From: Antedon mediterranea
Taxonomy: Eukaryota; Animalia; Echinodermata
Assembly (NCBI RefSeq): GCF_964355755.1
Contig: NC_092671.1
Span: 39,566,304 to 39,630,303 of the forward strand
Reading direction: 5' to 3'
DNA: 64,000 bases
Under the pieces are notes generated by a model. It searched no databases and was not told the DNA's origin. It saw nothing but the letters and a program-made list of their open reading frames with translations. Of the stretch, positions 42,824 through 54,922 are shown in pieces (positions within the stretch are counted from its first letter, which is position 1; each line of letters starts with the position of its first letter). Both the position numbers and the translations under genes were made by a program.

Positions 42824-45800
42824 ATGAAGGTGTTTCTGTTAGCCGCGCTGTTGGGGTGCGTGTTGCTCCTGCAAGTACGCGCTGAATCGCAGTCGTCTGA
42901 CCTGCAGGACGATCAAAATGAAGTCAATTCTCTTGACCTGAAGGTAAACCCAGATTTGGAATCAGCTGACACCAGTGAAGTCGACAAAGACATGTTGGCC
43001 TCATCAGGTTTAGATAACGCACAAGAAATTAGTAAAAGATGTCGGCGACGATCCTTTAGACGCCGTTACAGACGTCGATTTCGTTGCCGTAGACGACGTT
43101 ACAGACGTCGAATAATTAGACGTTCTCGACGACGATACAAAGTACGACGCCTCCGAGTCCAATATTATTGGCGCAGTGGTCGATTCTACAGACTGTGTAG
43201 ACGTGGTCGTCGTACGTATTGGCGTCGTGTAACTTTCAGATGTCGAGGTGGACGTTTCTACTGCCTATACCGACATGGACGTCGACGATATTGGCGCATA
43301 ATGCGTGCATACGTGCGTAACAGACATGTATATGTTCTTCGAGGACGTCGATATATCAGAACATCCACAGTGGTTTCCTCAAGTAGAATTGTCACAAGAA
43401 CCAGTACTGGTGGATATCTCGTTTGGCGTAACAGGCGTTTGTATTTCCGAGTTCGTTATGGGCGTCGTTGGATATGGCGTGTTGTTCGATACAGATGGAG
43501 CCATCGTCGACTATATTTCTATTGGGGAAGAAGATGGCGATTGGTAAGGTGCTACAAACGTGGGGGACGAATGTTCTTCTACCGCAATGGTCGCTACTAT
43601 ACCGGTGGCAGAAGAAGACCAGTGAACCTGTACTTCCGAGGACGACGTCTCTTCTGGACAACCGTCTACCGTGGACGAAGAACATGGCGTCCAGTTCGTT
43701 ATCGATGGATCCGTCATCGTCTATACTTCTACCCAACGTTTGGCCGTCATCGAAGATGGCGCCCTGCTCCAGTTTATTACCGCAACGGTTATATATATGT
43801 CTTCACCAATGGTCGTTACCGTCGTACTGGTACATACCACCCACTCAACCCAAGACGTATAAATATTAATCTTTACTGGCGTGGAAAAAGACTTTACTGG
43901 ACTACAATTTATCATGGACGAAGAGTATGGCGTCCCGTGCGTTACAGGTGGTCCCACCATCGTCTATATTATTACCCACTATTTGGTAGCCGTCGAAGAT
44001 GGCGTCTAGCACCGGTGTACTACCGCAATGGATATGTTTTCTTTTACCGAAATGGCCGCTATTTCAAACGAAGGTTCAGATTTCCTCAACCTCAAACAAC
44101 AGTGTTTTTGTTCTGGCGAGGCAGACGCCTATACTTCAGATGGGTATCACATGGTCGTGTTAGATGGCGAGTGGTGAATTATCGCTGGCGCAATCACCGT
44201 CTGGTGTACTACATGCCATTCGGGCCACATCGTGGCTGGCGTATTGCACCAACATATCAACGAAATGGTCACATTTATATCTACCACAACGGTCGGTATT
44301 TTATAAGTGGAGGCGGTCACCCACACGTCCCCCATAGACCAAGTCGTCCCATGTTTGTTTGGCGCGGTGGCCACCTGTACTATCGATATCGCCGTGGAAA
44401 CCGCTACTATTACCGTATTGTGACAACCAAACGATACCATGGACGGTACTTTTATTACTACGGCAACACATGGCACATGCTAACGTACTACTACATGAAT
44501 GGAGTGTCATACTACTTCCATAATGGTCACTACCTTGTCAAGCATAAAACAGTGATAAAGTATCATCATCATCATCATTATCATCACCATTATCACACAA
44601 GGTTCCATACTAAAATAGTCAAACATCATCACCATCACCATCATGTAAAAATACACAGGATACACCATAACAAATATATCCACCATAAGATAGTACACCA
44701 CCGTGTGGTAAAGCACTACCGATATAAAACAATACACCACCATCATATAAAGCATGTTCACCATCACATACATCACCGTCGTGTTGTAAACCATCTTCGT
44801 ATTAGACACCACTACATCAAACACCATAAATACTATACCCATCACCATCACCATTACCGGCACGTGCACCATCGCCATCACCATCATGTTTACAGAAATC
44901 ACGTGATAACTCGTCATATCAAACGATATCATCACCGATATATCACTCGACTTCATCATCATTATCGTCATTTCCATCACGTAGTAAACCATCATAAGTA
45001 CGTCAACCATGTGAAATATAGACACAGATACGTGAAACACCATCGACACTTTACACATCATCACCATCACTACCGCCATGTTCACCACAAGGTTCACCAC
45101 CATAGATATATAAATCATGTGCGCTACCGACACCAATATATTCGACGTCATCGACGCTTCACCCACCACCATCATCGACATTTCCACATTCACCATCGTA
45201 TACACCACCATAAATATATAAACCACGTCAGTGTACGACACGTGAACATAGTTCGTCATCGTCATCTTGTCCACAACCATCACCATTACCACCATTACCA
45301 TCACAGACACCATCACCATCGGTACATCAACCATGTTAGCACAAAACATATTTATGTAAAACATAACAGATACCTTACCCATCATCACCACCACTACCAC
45401 CATTTCCATCACAGAATACACCACCACCGGTATATCAACCACGTTATAAACCGACACAAATATATTCGACACCATGTCCACTTGACTCATCATCATCACC
45501 ATTACCATCACTACCATCACCGACACCACCACCATAAGTACGTCAACCATGTGTTGGTACGTCACAAGTACGTCAAACATAACAGATATCTGACTCACCA
45601 CCATCATAAATTCATTCACATTCATCATAGAATACATCATCACCGTTATGTCAACCATCTCCGTATACGTCATCGGTACGTGAAACACCACACGCACATC
45701 ACACTTCACCATCACCACCACTACCATATTCACCATAGGATCCATCATCATCGAATTGTCAACCATGTAATTACCCGCCATCACTACATCCGGCACCATC

Positions 45801-48800
45801 GTTACTTGACCCATCACCATCACCACTACCATCATATTCATCACCGCCTCCATCACCATCGGTACATAAACCATGTGATCACAAAACAACATTATATCAA
45901 GCATCATGTTCATATAACCCATCACCATCACCACTACCACCACATCCACCATAGATTGCACCATCACCGTACCTACACACACGTACTTACCCGCCACAGA
46001 TACATCAAGCACCACCGTTATTTCACCCATCACCATCACCATTACAAACATTACCACCACAGAATTCACCACCATCGTTACATTAACCATGTACTAACAC
46101 GCCATCGAAACCTGTACCGTCACCGACATGTGACCCACCATCACCATCATTACTACCATCATCACCACAGAATACATCACCACCGATATATCAACCACGT
46201 AATTACACGTAACATTTATATCAGACATCACAAGCATTACACTCATCACCACAACCGATTCATCCATATTCAACACCGAATCCAACACCACCGATATATA
46301 AACCATCTCCGTGTTATCTACAAATATCTCTACAAAAACCGTTACATTACACGTAATCATAAACAATACTTTAACATATACCACCGTATTAGGCATAACA
46401 AAATAATTAACCATCTTCGAATTGTTCATAGATATATAAGAACAAATGTGTACCGACATTACAACCATCATAAATACTTCCACTTGCACAAGCATTACCA
46501 TCACCACCGATACGTCAACCATGTCATAACACGTCATCGAAATATATACAGACACCGACACGTGACACACCATCACCATCACTACTACCATGTCCACCAC
46601 AGACTTCATCACCATAAATACATCAACCATATCTTGTACCGACATAAATACATAAAACACCACCGTTATCTGACATACCACCATCACCATTACGTACACG
46701 TACATCACCGTCTCCATCATCACCGTTACGTCAACCACGTGCTCACACGTCACAAGAATATATATCGTCACCGATGGGTAACTCACCACCATCACCATTA
46801 CCGACACATTCATCACCACAGACATCATCACAAATATGTTAACCATGTGATCACACGTCACCATAACGTTTACAGACATCATTACATCACGCACCACCAT
46901 CACCATTACCATCACATCCATCACCGACTCCACCATCACAAGTTTGTAAACCATGTGGTAATGCACCATCGCTATATTAAACACCATCGATATCTGACAC
47001 ACCATCACCACAAATTTATTCATATTCATCATCATATCCAACATCACCGATACGTTAACCACTTGAAAGTACGTCATCGGTATGTTAAACACCACAGATA
47101 TTTGACTCATCACCATCATAGAACAATCCATATCCACCATCGCATACATCATCACCGCACTATTAACCACTTGCTTGTAAGACACCATAATATAGTAACT
47201 CACCGCTACTTGACACACCATCACCACCACTACCGTCACATCCACCACAGAATCAATCACCATAAATACATCAACCATTTGCGAATCCGTCACAAATACC
47301 TATACAAACATCGATACTTGACGCATCACCATCATCACTACCACCACCATCACCACAGAATTCATCACCACCGTGTTATCAAACACTTAAGAATACAGCA
47401 TCGGTATATCAAGACTCACCAATACCTCACCCATCACCACCACCATTACCGCCATATTCATCACAGGATTCACCATCATCGTGTAGTGAACCATTTGCGT
47501 ATCAGACACAAATATATATACAAACATCGTCATGTGACCCACCATCATCACCACTATCACCATCACCACCACACGCACCATCATCATCGCTATGTAAACC
47601 ACCTTAAAATCAGTCACCGATACATAAGAACCAATCGGTACTTGACACATCACCATCACCACTATCACCACCATCATCACATTGTAAACCACCATCGAAT
47701 CGTTAACCACCTTCGTGTCCGACATCGATACGTGAAACACCACACATACCGTACCCATCATCACCACCATTACCATCACTACCACCACAGATTCCACCAT
47801 CACCGTTATATAAACCATGTGCGTACCAAACATGTGTATCATCGTCATCATCAATACCTAACTCATCACCATCACCACTATCACCATTACCATCATAAAC
47901 TGCATCACCACCGCTACATCAACCGTGTCATGGTGCATCATCACTACATCAGACGTAATCGCTACGTAACTCACCATCATCACCACTACCGTCACATTCA
48001 CCACCGACACCATCACCATCGATACATCAACCATATCAGAACCAAACATGTGAACGTATACCGACACCGATATCTAACCCACCACCACCATCGTACCATC
48101 CATCTGCATCACTGGCACCATCATCATCGGTACTTAAACCATATGCACGTGCGCCACAGGTACATCAAGAGGCATATCTACCGAACACGTCACCACCATC
48201 ACTACCGACATTACCACCACCATATTACCCATCATCGTACCGTGCATCATACTAAATTCCACTTGAAGACTATCTATCACCATAAATTTTTAACGCATCA
48301 CCACCATATCTTCAAGACTCTACACCATCACCATCATCATCACCGTACCATCCATCATCGACGAACCATCTACAAGTACAAATACCATCACCACTATAAA
48401 CATCATCACCACCACCACTACCACAAGCACGTGAGTTCATCGCATCATCATTTCCACATGGGATTCCATGGATCATCTTTGAACGTGTTCTTTAGCTGGC
48501 GTGGTGGACATATGTACCATAGAGTACGAATACACGGACGATACACATGGCAGATTGTCAGAACCCGTATGCGAAACCACCACATGTATTATTTCACAAA
48601 CGGTAGATGGTACATCGTTCCCAACTACACCCGTAATGGCCGCTTTTACTTCTATTTGGATGGTCGATACAGTTCCAATCCCATGCCATCCGGTGGCAGA
48701 TTTAGCATCCGATATTTCAGTACAAATGTAAGAATAATCTTCAGAGGTGGACGCATGTATTATCGCTATCCTTATGGCCGAGGCTATCGTCTACGACCCG

Positions 48801-49333
48801 TACGTTTCCGAAGAAGACACGGTCGCTTCTACTACTGGACCGGCAAAACTTGGCAATTCGTTCCTTTCTATAGAATCAACACAACTTACTTCTACTACAT
48901 AAATGGCCGATACTATCCATTCGGTGTCAGTGGTGGTAGTAGCAGCTACAGCAGCTTCAGCAGTGGAAGAATCTCTTTCCATAGACCATACGTATTCTGG
49001 AGAAGAGGTCGTTTCTACTGGAGAACAGTAAGAGGTGGTAAAACATATTGGCGTCCTCTTCGCTACAACCGTTACCGTGGTCACTACCGCTACTATTACG
49101 GACGACGATGGCATTGGGTTAATTACTACGTTAATGGAAACAGATACTACTTCTGGTTAAATAACCGTTACCATTCCGTTCCGTATAATTTCTCTCGTGG
49201 GTTCCATGGGTTCGGTAGATTTAGTCGTGTATACCGCTCATATGTTACAAGAACCGTTGGGCCAATCCACCGCCACTTCGTATCACATCGATATGGTCAC
49301 ATTAGACGATTTATTCATAGATTCCGTCGTTAA
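42824..49333 (+). CDS. Giant secreted His-rich, Arg/Tyr-rich repeat protein 1 (2169 aa), family not recognised
   Basis: Uninterrupted 6.5-kb frame. ATG at 42824 just after an acceptor; signal peptide MKVFLLAALLGCVLLLQVRA; acidic segment ending ISKR; 6+3 R/Y/W modules around a 36-aa His repeat core; aataaa at ~49442 and ~49530. Confidence 0.9.
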   Translation: MKVFLLAALLGCVLLLQVRAESQSSDLQDDQNEVNSLDLKVNPDLESADTSEVDKDMLASSGLDNAQEISKRCRRRSFRRRYRRRFRCRRRRYRRRIIRRSRRRYKVRRLRVQYYWRSGRFYRLCRRGRRTYWRRVTFRCRGGRFYCLYRHGRRRYWRIMRAYVRNRHVYVLRGRRYIRTSTVVSSSRIVTRTSTGGYLVWRNRRLYFRVRYGRRWIWRVVRYRWSHRRLYFYWGRRWRLVRCYKRGGRMFFYRNGRYYTGGRRRPVNLYFRGRRLFWTTVYRGRRTWRPVRYRWIRHRLYFYPTFGRHRRWRPAPVYYRNGYIYVFTNGRYRRTGTYHPLNPRRININLYWRGKRLYWTTIYHGRRVWRPVRYRWSHHRLYYYPLFGSRRRWRLAPVYYRNGYVFFYRNGRYFKRRFRFPQPQTTVFLFWRGRRLYFRWVSHGRVRWRVVNYRWRNHRLVYYMPFGPHRGWRIAPTYQRNGHIYIYHNGRYFISGGGHPHVPHRPSRPMFVWRGGHLYYRYRRGNRYYYRIVTTKRYHGRYFYYYGNTWHMLTYYYMNGVSYYFHNGHYLVKHKTVIKYHHHHHYHHHYHTRFHTKIVKHHHHHHHVKIHRIHHNKYIHHKIVHHRVVKHYRYKTIHHHHIKHVHHHIHHRRVVNHLRIRHHYIKHHKYYTHHHHHYRHVHHRHHHHVYRNHVITRHIKRYHHRYITRLHHHYRHFHHVVNHHKYVNHVKYRHRYVKHHRHFTHHHHHYRHVHHKVHHHRYINHVRYRHQYIRRHRRFTHHHHRHFHIHHRIHHHKYINHVSVRHVNIVRHRHLVHNHHHYHHYHHRHHHHRYINHVSTKHIYVKHNRYLTHHHHHYHHFHHRIHHHRYINHVINRHKYIRHHVHLTHHHHHYHHYHHRHHHHKYVNHVLVRHKYVKHNRYLTHHHHKFIHIHHRIHHHRYVNHLRIRHRYVKHHTHITLHHHHHYHIHHRIHHHRIVNHVITRHHYIRHHRYLTHHHHHYHHIHHRLHHHRYINHVITKQHYIKHHVHITHHHHHYHHIHHRLHHHRTYTHVLTRHRYIKHHRYFTHHHHHYKHYHHRIHHHRYINHVLTRHRNLYRHRHVTHHHHHYYHHHHRIHHHRYINHVITRNIYIRHHKHYTHHHNRFIHIQHRIQHHRYINHLRVIYKYLYKNRYITRNHKQYFNIYHRIRHNKIINHLRIVHRYIRTNVYRHYNHHKYFHLHKHYHHHRYVNHVITRHRNIYRHRHVTHHHHHYYHVHHRLHHHKYINHILYRHKYIKHHRYLTYHHHHYVHVHHRLHHHRYVNHVLTRHKNIYRHRWVTHHHHHYRHIHHHRHHHKYVNHVITRHHNVYRHHYITHHHHHYHHIHHRLHHHKFVNHVVMHHRYIKHHRYLTHHHHKFIHIHHHIQHHRYVNHLKVRHRYVKHHRYLTHHHHRTIHIHHRIHHHRTINHLLVRHHNIVTHRYLTHHHHHYRHIHHRINHHKYINHLRIRHKYLYKHRYLTHHHHHYHHHHHRIHHHRVIKHLRIQHRYIKTHQYLTHHHHHYRHIHHRIHHHRVVNHLRIRHKYIYKHRHVTHHHHHYHHHHHTHHHHRYVNHLKISHRYIRTNRYLTHHHHHYHHHHHIVNHHRIVNHLRVRHRYVKHHTYRTHHHHHYHHYHHRFHHHRYINHVRTKHVYHRHHQYLTHHHHHYHHYHHKLHHHRYINRVMVHHHYIRRNRYVTHHHHHYRHIHHRHHHHRYINHIRTKHVNVYRHRYLTHHHHRTIHLHHWHHHHRYLNHMHVRHRYIKRHIYRTRHHHHYRHYHHHITHHRTVHHTKFHLKTIYHHKFLTHHHHIFKTLHHHHHHHRTIHHRRTIYKYKYHHHYKHHHHHHYHKHVSSSHHHFHMGFHGSSLNVFFSWRGGHMYHRVRIHGRYTWQIVRTRMRNHHMYYFTNGRWYIVPNYTRNGRFYFYLDGRYSSNPMPSGGRFSIRYFSTNVRIIFRGGRMYYRYPYGRGYRLRPVRFRRRHGRFYYWTGKTWQFVPFYRINTTYFYYINGRYYPFGVSGGSSSYSSFSSGRISFHRPYVFWRRGRFYWRTVRGGKTYWRPLRYNRYRGHYRYYYGRRWHWVNYYVNGNRYYFWLNNRYHSVPYNFSRGFHGFGRFSRVYRSYVTRTVGPIHRHFVSHRYGHIRRFIHRFRR

Positions 49334-52300
49334 ATTTCTATCATAAACGACAACGTTTAGCAATCAAATGTATTAAACTACCAACAACCAATCCAAATAA
49401 TACAAACTATATGAGGTTCTTGTTTTGGCCAAAATAGAAAGAATAAAACTATTCAACAATATTTGATTTGTAAACAACAACCATTTGGAGGGATATATTC
49501 TCTTGTGTAGGAATAGAGAGATATTAAATAAAATAAAGTGAAACGAAACAAAATGCAATATTTGTCATTGTCTGTTTTCTGTGTCTGTCATTTTCAAGTC
49601 TCTGCCTCCCCTTCTCTGTCATATACTTCACTCACATTTCCAAATATAAGTTGATAATAAATAAAAATAAACACTATACTATGTATTGTGGAGATAAAAA
49701 AAACGATACATATACCGTATACGTGATACTCATAATATGAGGGGAAACATACGGGTTAAGCGGCCAACCCCTATTCATGATTGCAGAATCTTTAGAGGAA
49801 CCGACAGACGAAATAGTATATTTTTTCGTTTTTAGAATATGTGGTAGTGTAGTTACATATTACAGGTAAGTCGTTTATATTACACACTCATAACAAAAAT
49901 CGCTTTACAACATTTTGAGAAAAAGATACAAATTATTTTTCCTTTTCAATCATGACAATGTCACTTACCACAAGCTGGAAAACAATGAAAATGTCACATA
50001 ACATCATAAGCATGAAAACAAAAAGTTTTCTGAGCATGAGCAGAGTGATTTCAATGACTTGGGCGTATTTTCAATGGACACGTGTTGATACAACAAGTAT
50101 CAATGAGGGTGACTCAGTGACATGTAAGTAATACCCTGGCATGCAGGTAAAAGCCAATTGACAACAATTGAAAATCATCTGTCTCTTACAGTGAGTTCCA
50201 AACAACAAACGCATCCAACATGCATCATTTGACACATTTCTGTAACACCTTTTTATTATTTTTCTGAAAAGACATTCCTAACAAAAATACTGTGGAGAAG
50301 TCTTCATCAATTACTACAAACTCCTGATTCACGATATCAAAACAATGCAAGGAACTAGCTAAAACTAGTTACAGTAACTTTGTCAAATCAATATGTATTC
50401 TTCTCTTTCTAATCTTTTAGTCGGGAGAGCCATTTCGTTTACTGTAGGTATTTCCTTAAATTTATACAACAAAAATATACATAATGCAAAACAATATGGA
50501 CACAAAGAAGCAAGATAAAATCGGCATTATAATTTTTAGAGAGGAGCTATTTTTTATTTTTATTTTTATTATTATTTATTTATTACAGATCATATAACTT
50601 GTCTATATCTACAATAAAACCTAAGGAGACAAAAGCAAAGTAACTCCTAATAGGAGTGTCAACTGATATTGTTTGTCCGTAGTGTTAAAATAATGTATTG
50701 TCCTTCATTCGTTTCAAGGGAAAGCTTATAATGGGTGTCTGAATAGAGGTGTCCCCTGGATAGGAGGTGGTGGGGTGCTACTGTATAACGTTGAAATATT
50801 GTTGCATTAGAGTCATACAACATATTGCTATACTGTTGGTGTTCGACAAATATCCAAAACAGCGACACAGTACTGGTATAATTTTACTGTAATAATTTTA
50901 AGTTGAATATAATAAATAAAGTATTATAGAAGGGCCTACAACATAAATGTTATTCTTTCTTTTCATTTAAAATTTTGTTTCCCTTAAAAAACGTTCACAC
51001 TGTGACACAAACGGTGATTTCATGACTAAAATTCTGTCTACTATCAAACTGGTAGTCATATACCCAAATATGGTAATGATGTGACATCATCATGTCCATA
51101 TATGGTCACACATTTTTTGTCACATCAAGTTTGAGTGTTATACAGAGCTTCAAATATTATTTGCTTACATTGTAAGTTTTTAAAAAAATGTATGTATATG
51201 CATACAAAAAGTCATGATCGTCAATGTCACTGGTTTCTCAGAACCAGTTACCTCACTGGTTTCTCAGAACCAGTTACCAATATGTTGTTACTTTTGTCAT
51301 AGCTATGCACCCAAGAGCTTGCTTATTCGCAGAGTTTCAATAATATTTTACTGTAATAATAATCCCTTTTTAAAATTATTCTAATTCCACGTATTAGTGT
51401 AAAAATTAATTAGGTGAAAACAAATTTTACTTGAATGAACCGAGCTAAGTTTATGCTGTATAAAGAGGGACGTGGCTCGACAGATGGGCAAATGACACTT
51501 AAAAACACTTGTTTAGTTTCGTATAAATATTGCCATCTCTACCATATGTTACAAGTTTTAAGTAATGCTTTATAAACATCATAACGCATTCTTTTTTTAA
51601 AGGTTTTTTTGTATTTTCATATTTGTTGTAACTTTACTTTGTGAACTAATGTAGAGGCCCAATGATACTAAGGTCGTATCTGTAAGAAGCATCCGAGTTA
51701 AATATTGAATAGATGGCGTCGACAGGCCTACTGATAGATAGTGACACAAATGCAAATGTATAGTCATAGGTTATGAGGAGCTCCACCTTTTAGTCTATAT
51801 AGTCAACAACCTTGAATCCTCCTCCTCTCATTAGCTATCGTCAAACATCTCTAACATCACATTATAGCTATTAAATAAGACATTGCTGAATGTACCATCC
51901 TTTAATTAAATTCTTCTTGAATCATAATATTGATACTCATTTTTATATAAGACAAAAATACTAATATTCATTTTTGTCTGTAGTTCGTTGATGAACCTTT
52001 AGTGGGTTGTGACCCGGTCTTGTACTGAGGACTACTTGACATCTATAGATATTACACAACATCTGGACATATATTAGGCCTTCTCATTAGAATTTTAGAT
52101 ATTTTGGATTGGGTCTGAGGGGAAGACTGTTTAGTTTTATTTGTAAATTGGTCAACTTATCTCATTTTCCACCTTAGTTAACTATTTATCATCTTCTTTT
52201 AAAGTAACTTATTTTGTTTGTTTTTTTGTTATTTTGATTTTGAATATTTTCTTATTGTTGTTCGGGTTTTTAAGCTTTGCTTATGTTTAGTACCCTTTTC

Positions 52301-52854
52301 CATAACATTTTGATGACATATTGTTTCCTTATAACTTGTTCATGTCTCTTATTTTGACTGTCTATTACTCTTCTCCGTCTGGTGCTACTTTGATTCAATT
52401 TTACTGTGTTTTAAAAAAAAAAAAATCTTTATATATTTTTTTATTTTTGTAAATCCAAAGGTAAATTACTGAAAAATGACTATTCAGTGGGTATTAGTAG
52501 CTGGATTCCAATGGAGAAATAAAATAAGCAAAAAGCTAAATCAAAACGATAAAATAAAATAGCCAGAAAAATTAGCAGAGCTTTCGGGCAAGACTAGCCC
52601 TTTAACAGTGCAAGTGAGAGTACTTGGACAGAATTGAGAATATAAAGCAGACAAGCGCTGCTTGAGTGGACTAGAATAAAAAAAATAAAAACAAAGGAGG
52701 CACAGGCTGGTTAATAGAGGGTGGAGAGAGTAACAGTAACAAACAATGGTAGATATAAACAATTTAGGAAAATGGAACTTTCGAGAAATTCGAGACTCGC
52801 TTTATAAATTTAACCATTACAAATGACATACAGTAAATTAATCATGGCCAGTTA

Positions 52855-53375
52855 AGTATAATTAATAGAAAACTAAACTAGAGGGTACTCCGAGAGTACA
52901 AACCTCAGCCTCAGTATAATTAATAGAAAACTAAACTAGAGGGTACTCCGAGAGTACAAACCTCAGCCTTAGTATAATTAATAGAAAACTAAACTAGAGG
53001 GTACTCCGAGAGTACAAACCTCAGCCTTAGTATAATTAATAGAAAACTAAACTAGAGGGTACTCCGAGAGTACAAACCTCAGCCTTAGTATAATTAATAG
53101 AAAACTAAACTAGAGGGTACTCCGAGAGTACAAATCTCAGCCTTAGTATAATTAATAGAAAACTAAACTAGAGGGTACTCCGAGAGTACAAACCTCAGCC
53201 TTAGTATAATTAATAGAAAACTAAACTAGAGGGTACTCCGAGAGTACAAACCTCAGCCTTAGTATAATTAATAGAAAACTAAACTAGAGGGTACTCCGAG
53301 AGTACAAACCTCAGCCTTAGTATAATTAATAGAAAACTAAACTAGAGGGTACTCCGAGAGTACAAACCTCAGCCT
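52855..53375. repeat. 58-bp tandem array, 9 copies
   Basis: agtataattaatagaaaactaaactagagggtactccgagagtacaaacctcagcctt. Confidence 0.97.
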
Positions 53376-53892
53376 ACTGTAAAATTTCCTTACATAAAAT
53401 GTCACCGGAAAATATCTATATATTTTTACATTTTTTTTTAATTAGTTGTAAGTGTAAATAGGCTAACTGCACACTACAAAGTTGTGGATGAGAGTTTGGT
53501 GTAATGGTTATGTATCCAGCCTCTCACAGTTGAGATCGCTGGTTTAAGCCCCGCTGAGGTTTTTTTTTGTGGACCTTGATCTTTGACCCTGACCCTTCAA
53601 AATTTAACCACAATTACATGATGAGTCATTGGTCTTTGTGGATAAGTTTGGTGAGAATCGGATAAAAACTGTGGTCTCTAGGCAGTAAAATAGGTTTTTG
53701 TTAGTTGTGACCTTGACCTATGACCTTTTCCCTTCAAATTCGAACTCGTCCGAGCTTTTGGGGTATAGATCATTGTGGCCAAATTTGGTGAGAATCGGAT
53801 AAAAACTGTGGCCTCCAGCCTGTTCACAGACAGACAGACACACACACAAACATACAGGGGTGAAAATATAATCTCCTTGGCGGAGGTAATAA
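53339..53892. mobile_element. Helentron/DINE-like non-autonomous element
   Basis: Left end actaga-gtactc/gagtac-aacctcagcc; tgacctt subrepeats; (GACA)n tract; right end ctccttggcggaggtaata. Confidence 0.6.
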
Positions 53893-54042
53893 CTAGAAAA
53901 TGTATAATACCGTTGTAGTCTTACTGTTGTTGAAGCAAGTAAGCACGTTCACACTGAACCTGGATTGGTTGCCGGATAAAAAATGGCTTCTATACCGTGT
54001 ACATTAGAATCGTTCATACGTTTTGTACAAAACGAAAACTAA

Positions 54043-54192
54043 AACTCTGTCTACACTATTAAACTATTTTGACAAAAAAAAGTGTGATGTGCCCAAATAT
54101 GATAGTGATATGCCCAAATATGGTAGTGATATGATCATCATCATGTCCATATATGGGCACATCACATACAGTTTGATAGTGTAGACAGAGCT
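54043..54192. mobile_element. MITE family with TIR ctctgtctacactatcaaact; other copies at ~20620, ~25820, ~39108, ~51030
   Basis: ctctgtctacactat...tagtgtagacagag; shared core catcatcatgtccatatatgg. Confidence 0.75.
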
Positions 54193-54922
54193 TTAAAATA
54201 ACCCGGAGTTTTCATCAAATTTTCTCCAAAGTCGGGCTCAGGAACGATAATGTCAAACACCGACAATATACGTTCATTCAAATCTGATTCGATGCCTGAA
54301 ACCACTACCGTAGTAGTAAACGTAATGTAATAAAAATAACCAATTTGGAGTGTTCATCATCATCAAAAACAATGAAATGAAGTTTTAAAAAGAAATCAAC
54401 AGGTTCATTTTTATTCACGCTATAGTATGGTTATCTTCTGTAATGTACGAGTTCTTTCAAAAACTCAAACTGGTTTGAATGAGTGTAGACGAAATCTTTC
54501 TATATGACAACTGACGACACAGGAACAAGTCAATTGTGCGCATGCGGGGAAGTTGGAACATGCTCTATATTCGTCTACACAGTTTTAATTGTTTTCATAC
54601 TGTAGTCTATTGGTGGTAGGTCATCAGTTTTAATCAAGCGAAAGCTTCCTAAAACTCCGGGCAAAGTACATTACATTTTAATATTTTCAAGAAAAAAATT
54701 GAAAACAAACAACATAGACCTATCTTCATTTAGTGCATTTTATTTCGAATGCTTTTAATCGATATTGAACATTTTCCTCAAATTTATAAACAATATGATT
54801 TGACAATATCACTGGATATTTTTACTGTATTTTTCAGAATTATTACCATTTATGGCTTTTGATCTTATTCCAGCGTTGAATATATTTAGAAATGATTATT
54901 TGCTATCTAGATATTATATTCT

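Noticed and set aside
44147-48067. Long Met/Val-rich minus-strand ORFs (and plus-strand ones at 56429-60721)
   Set aside because: Antisense shadows of CAT/CAC His codons
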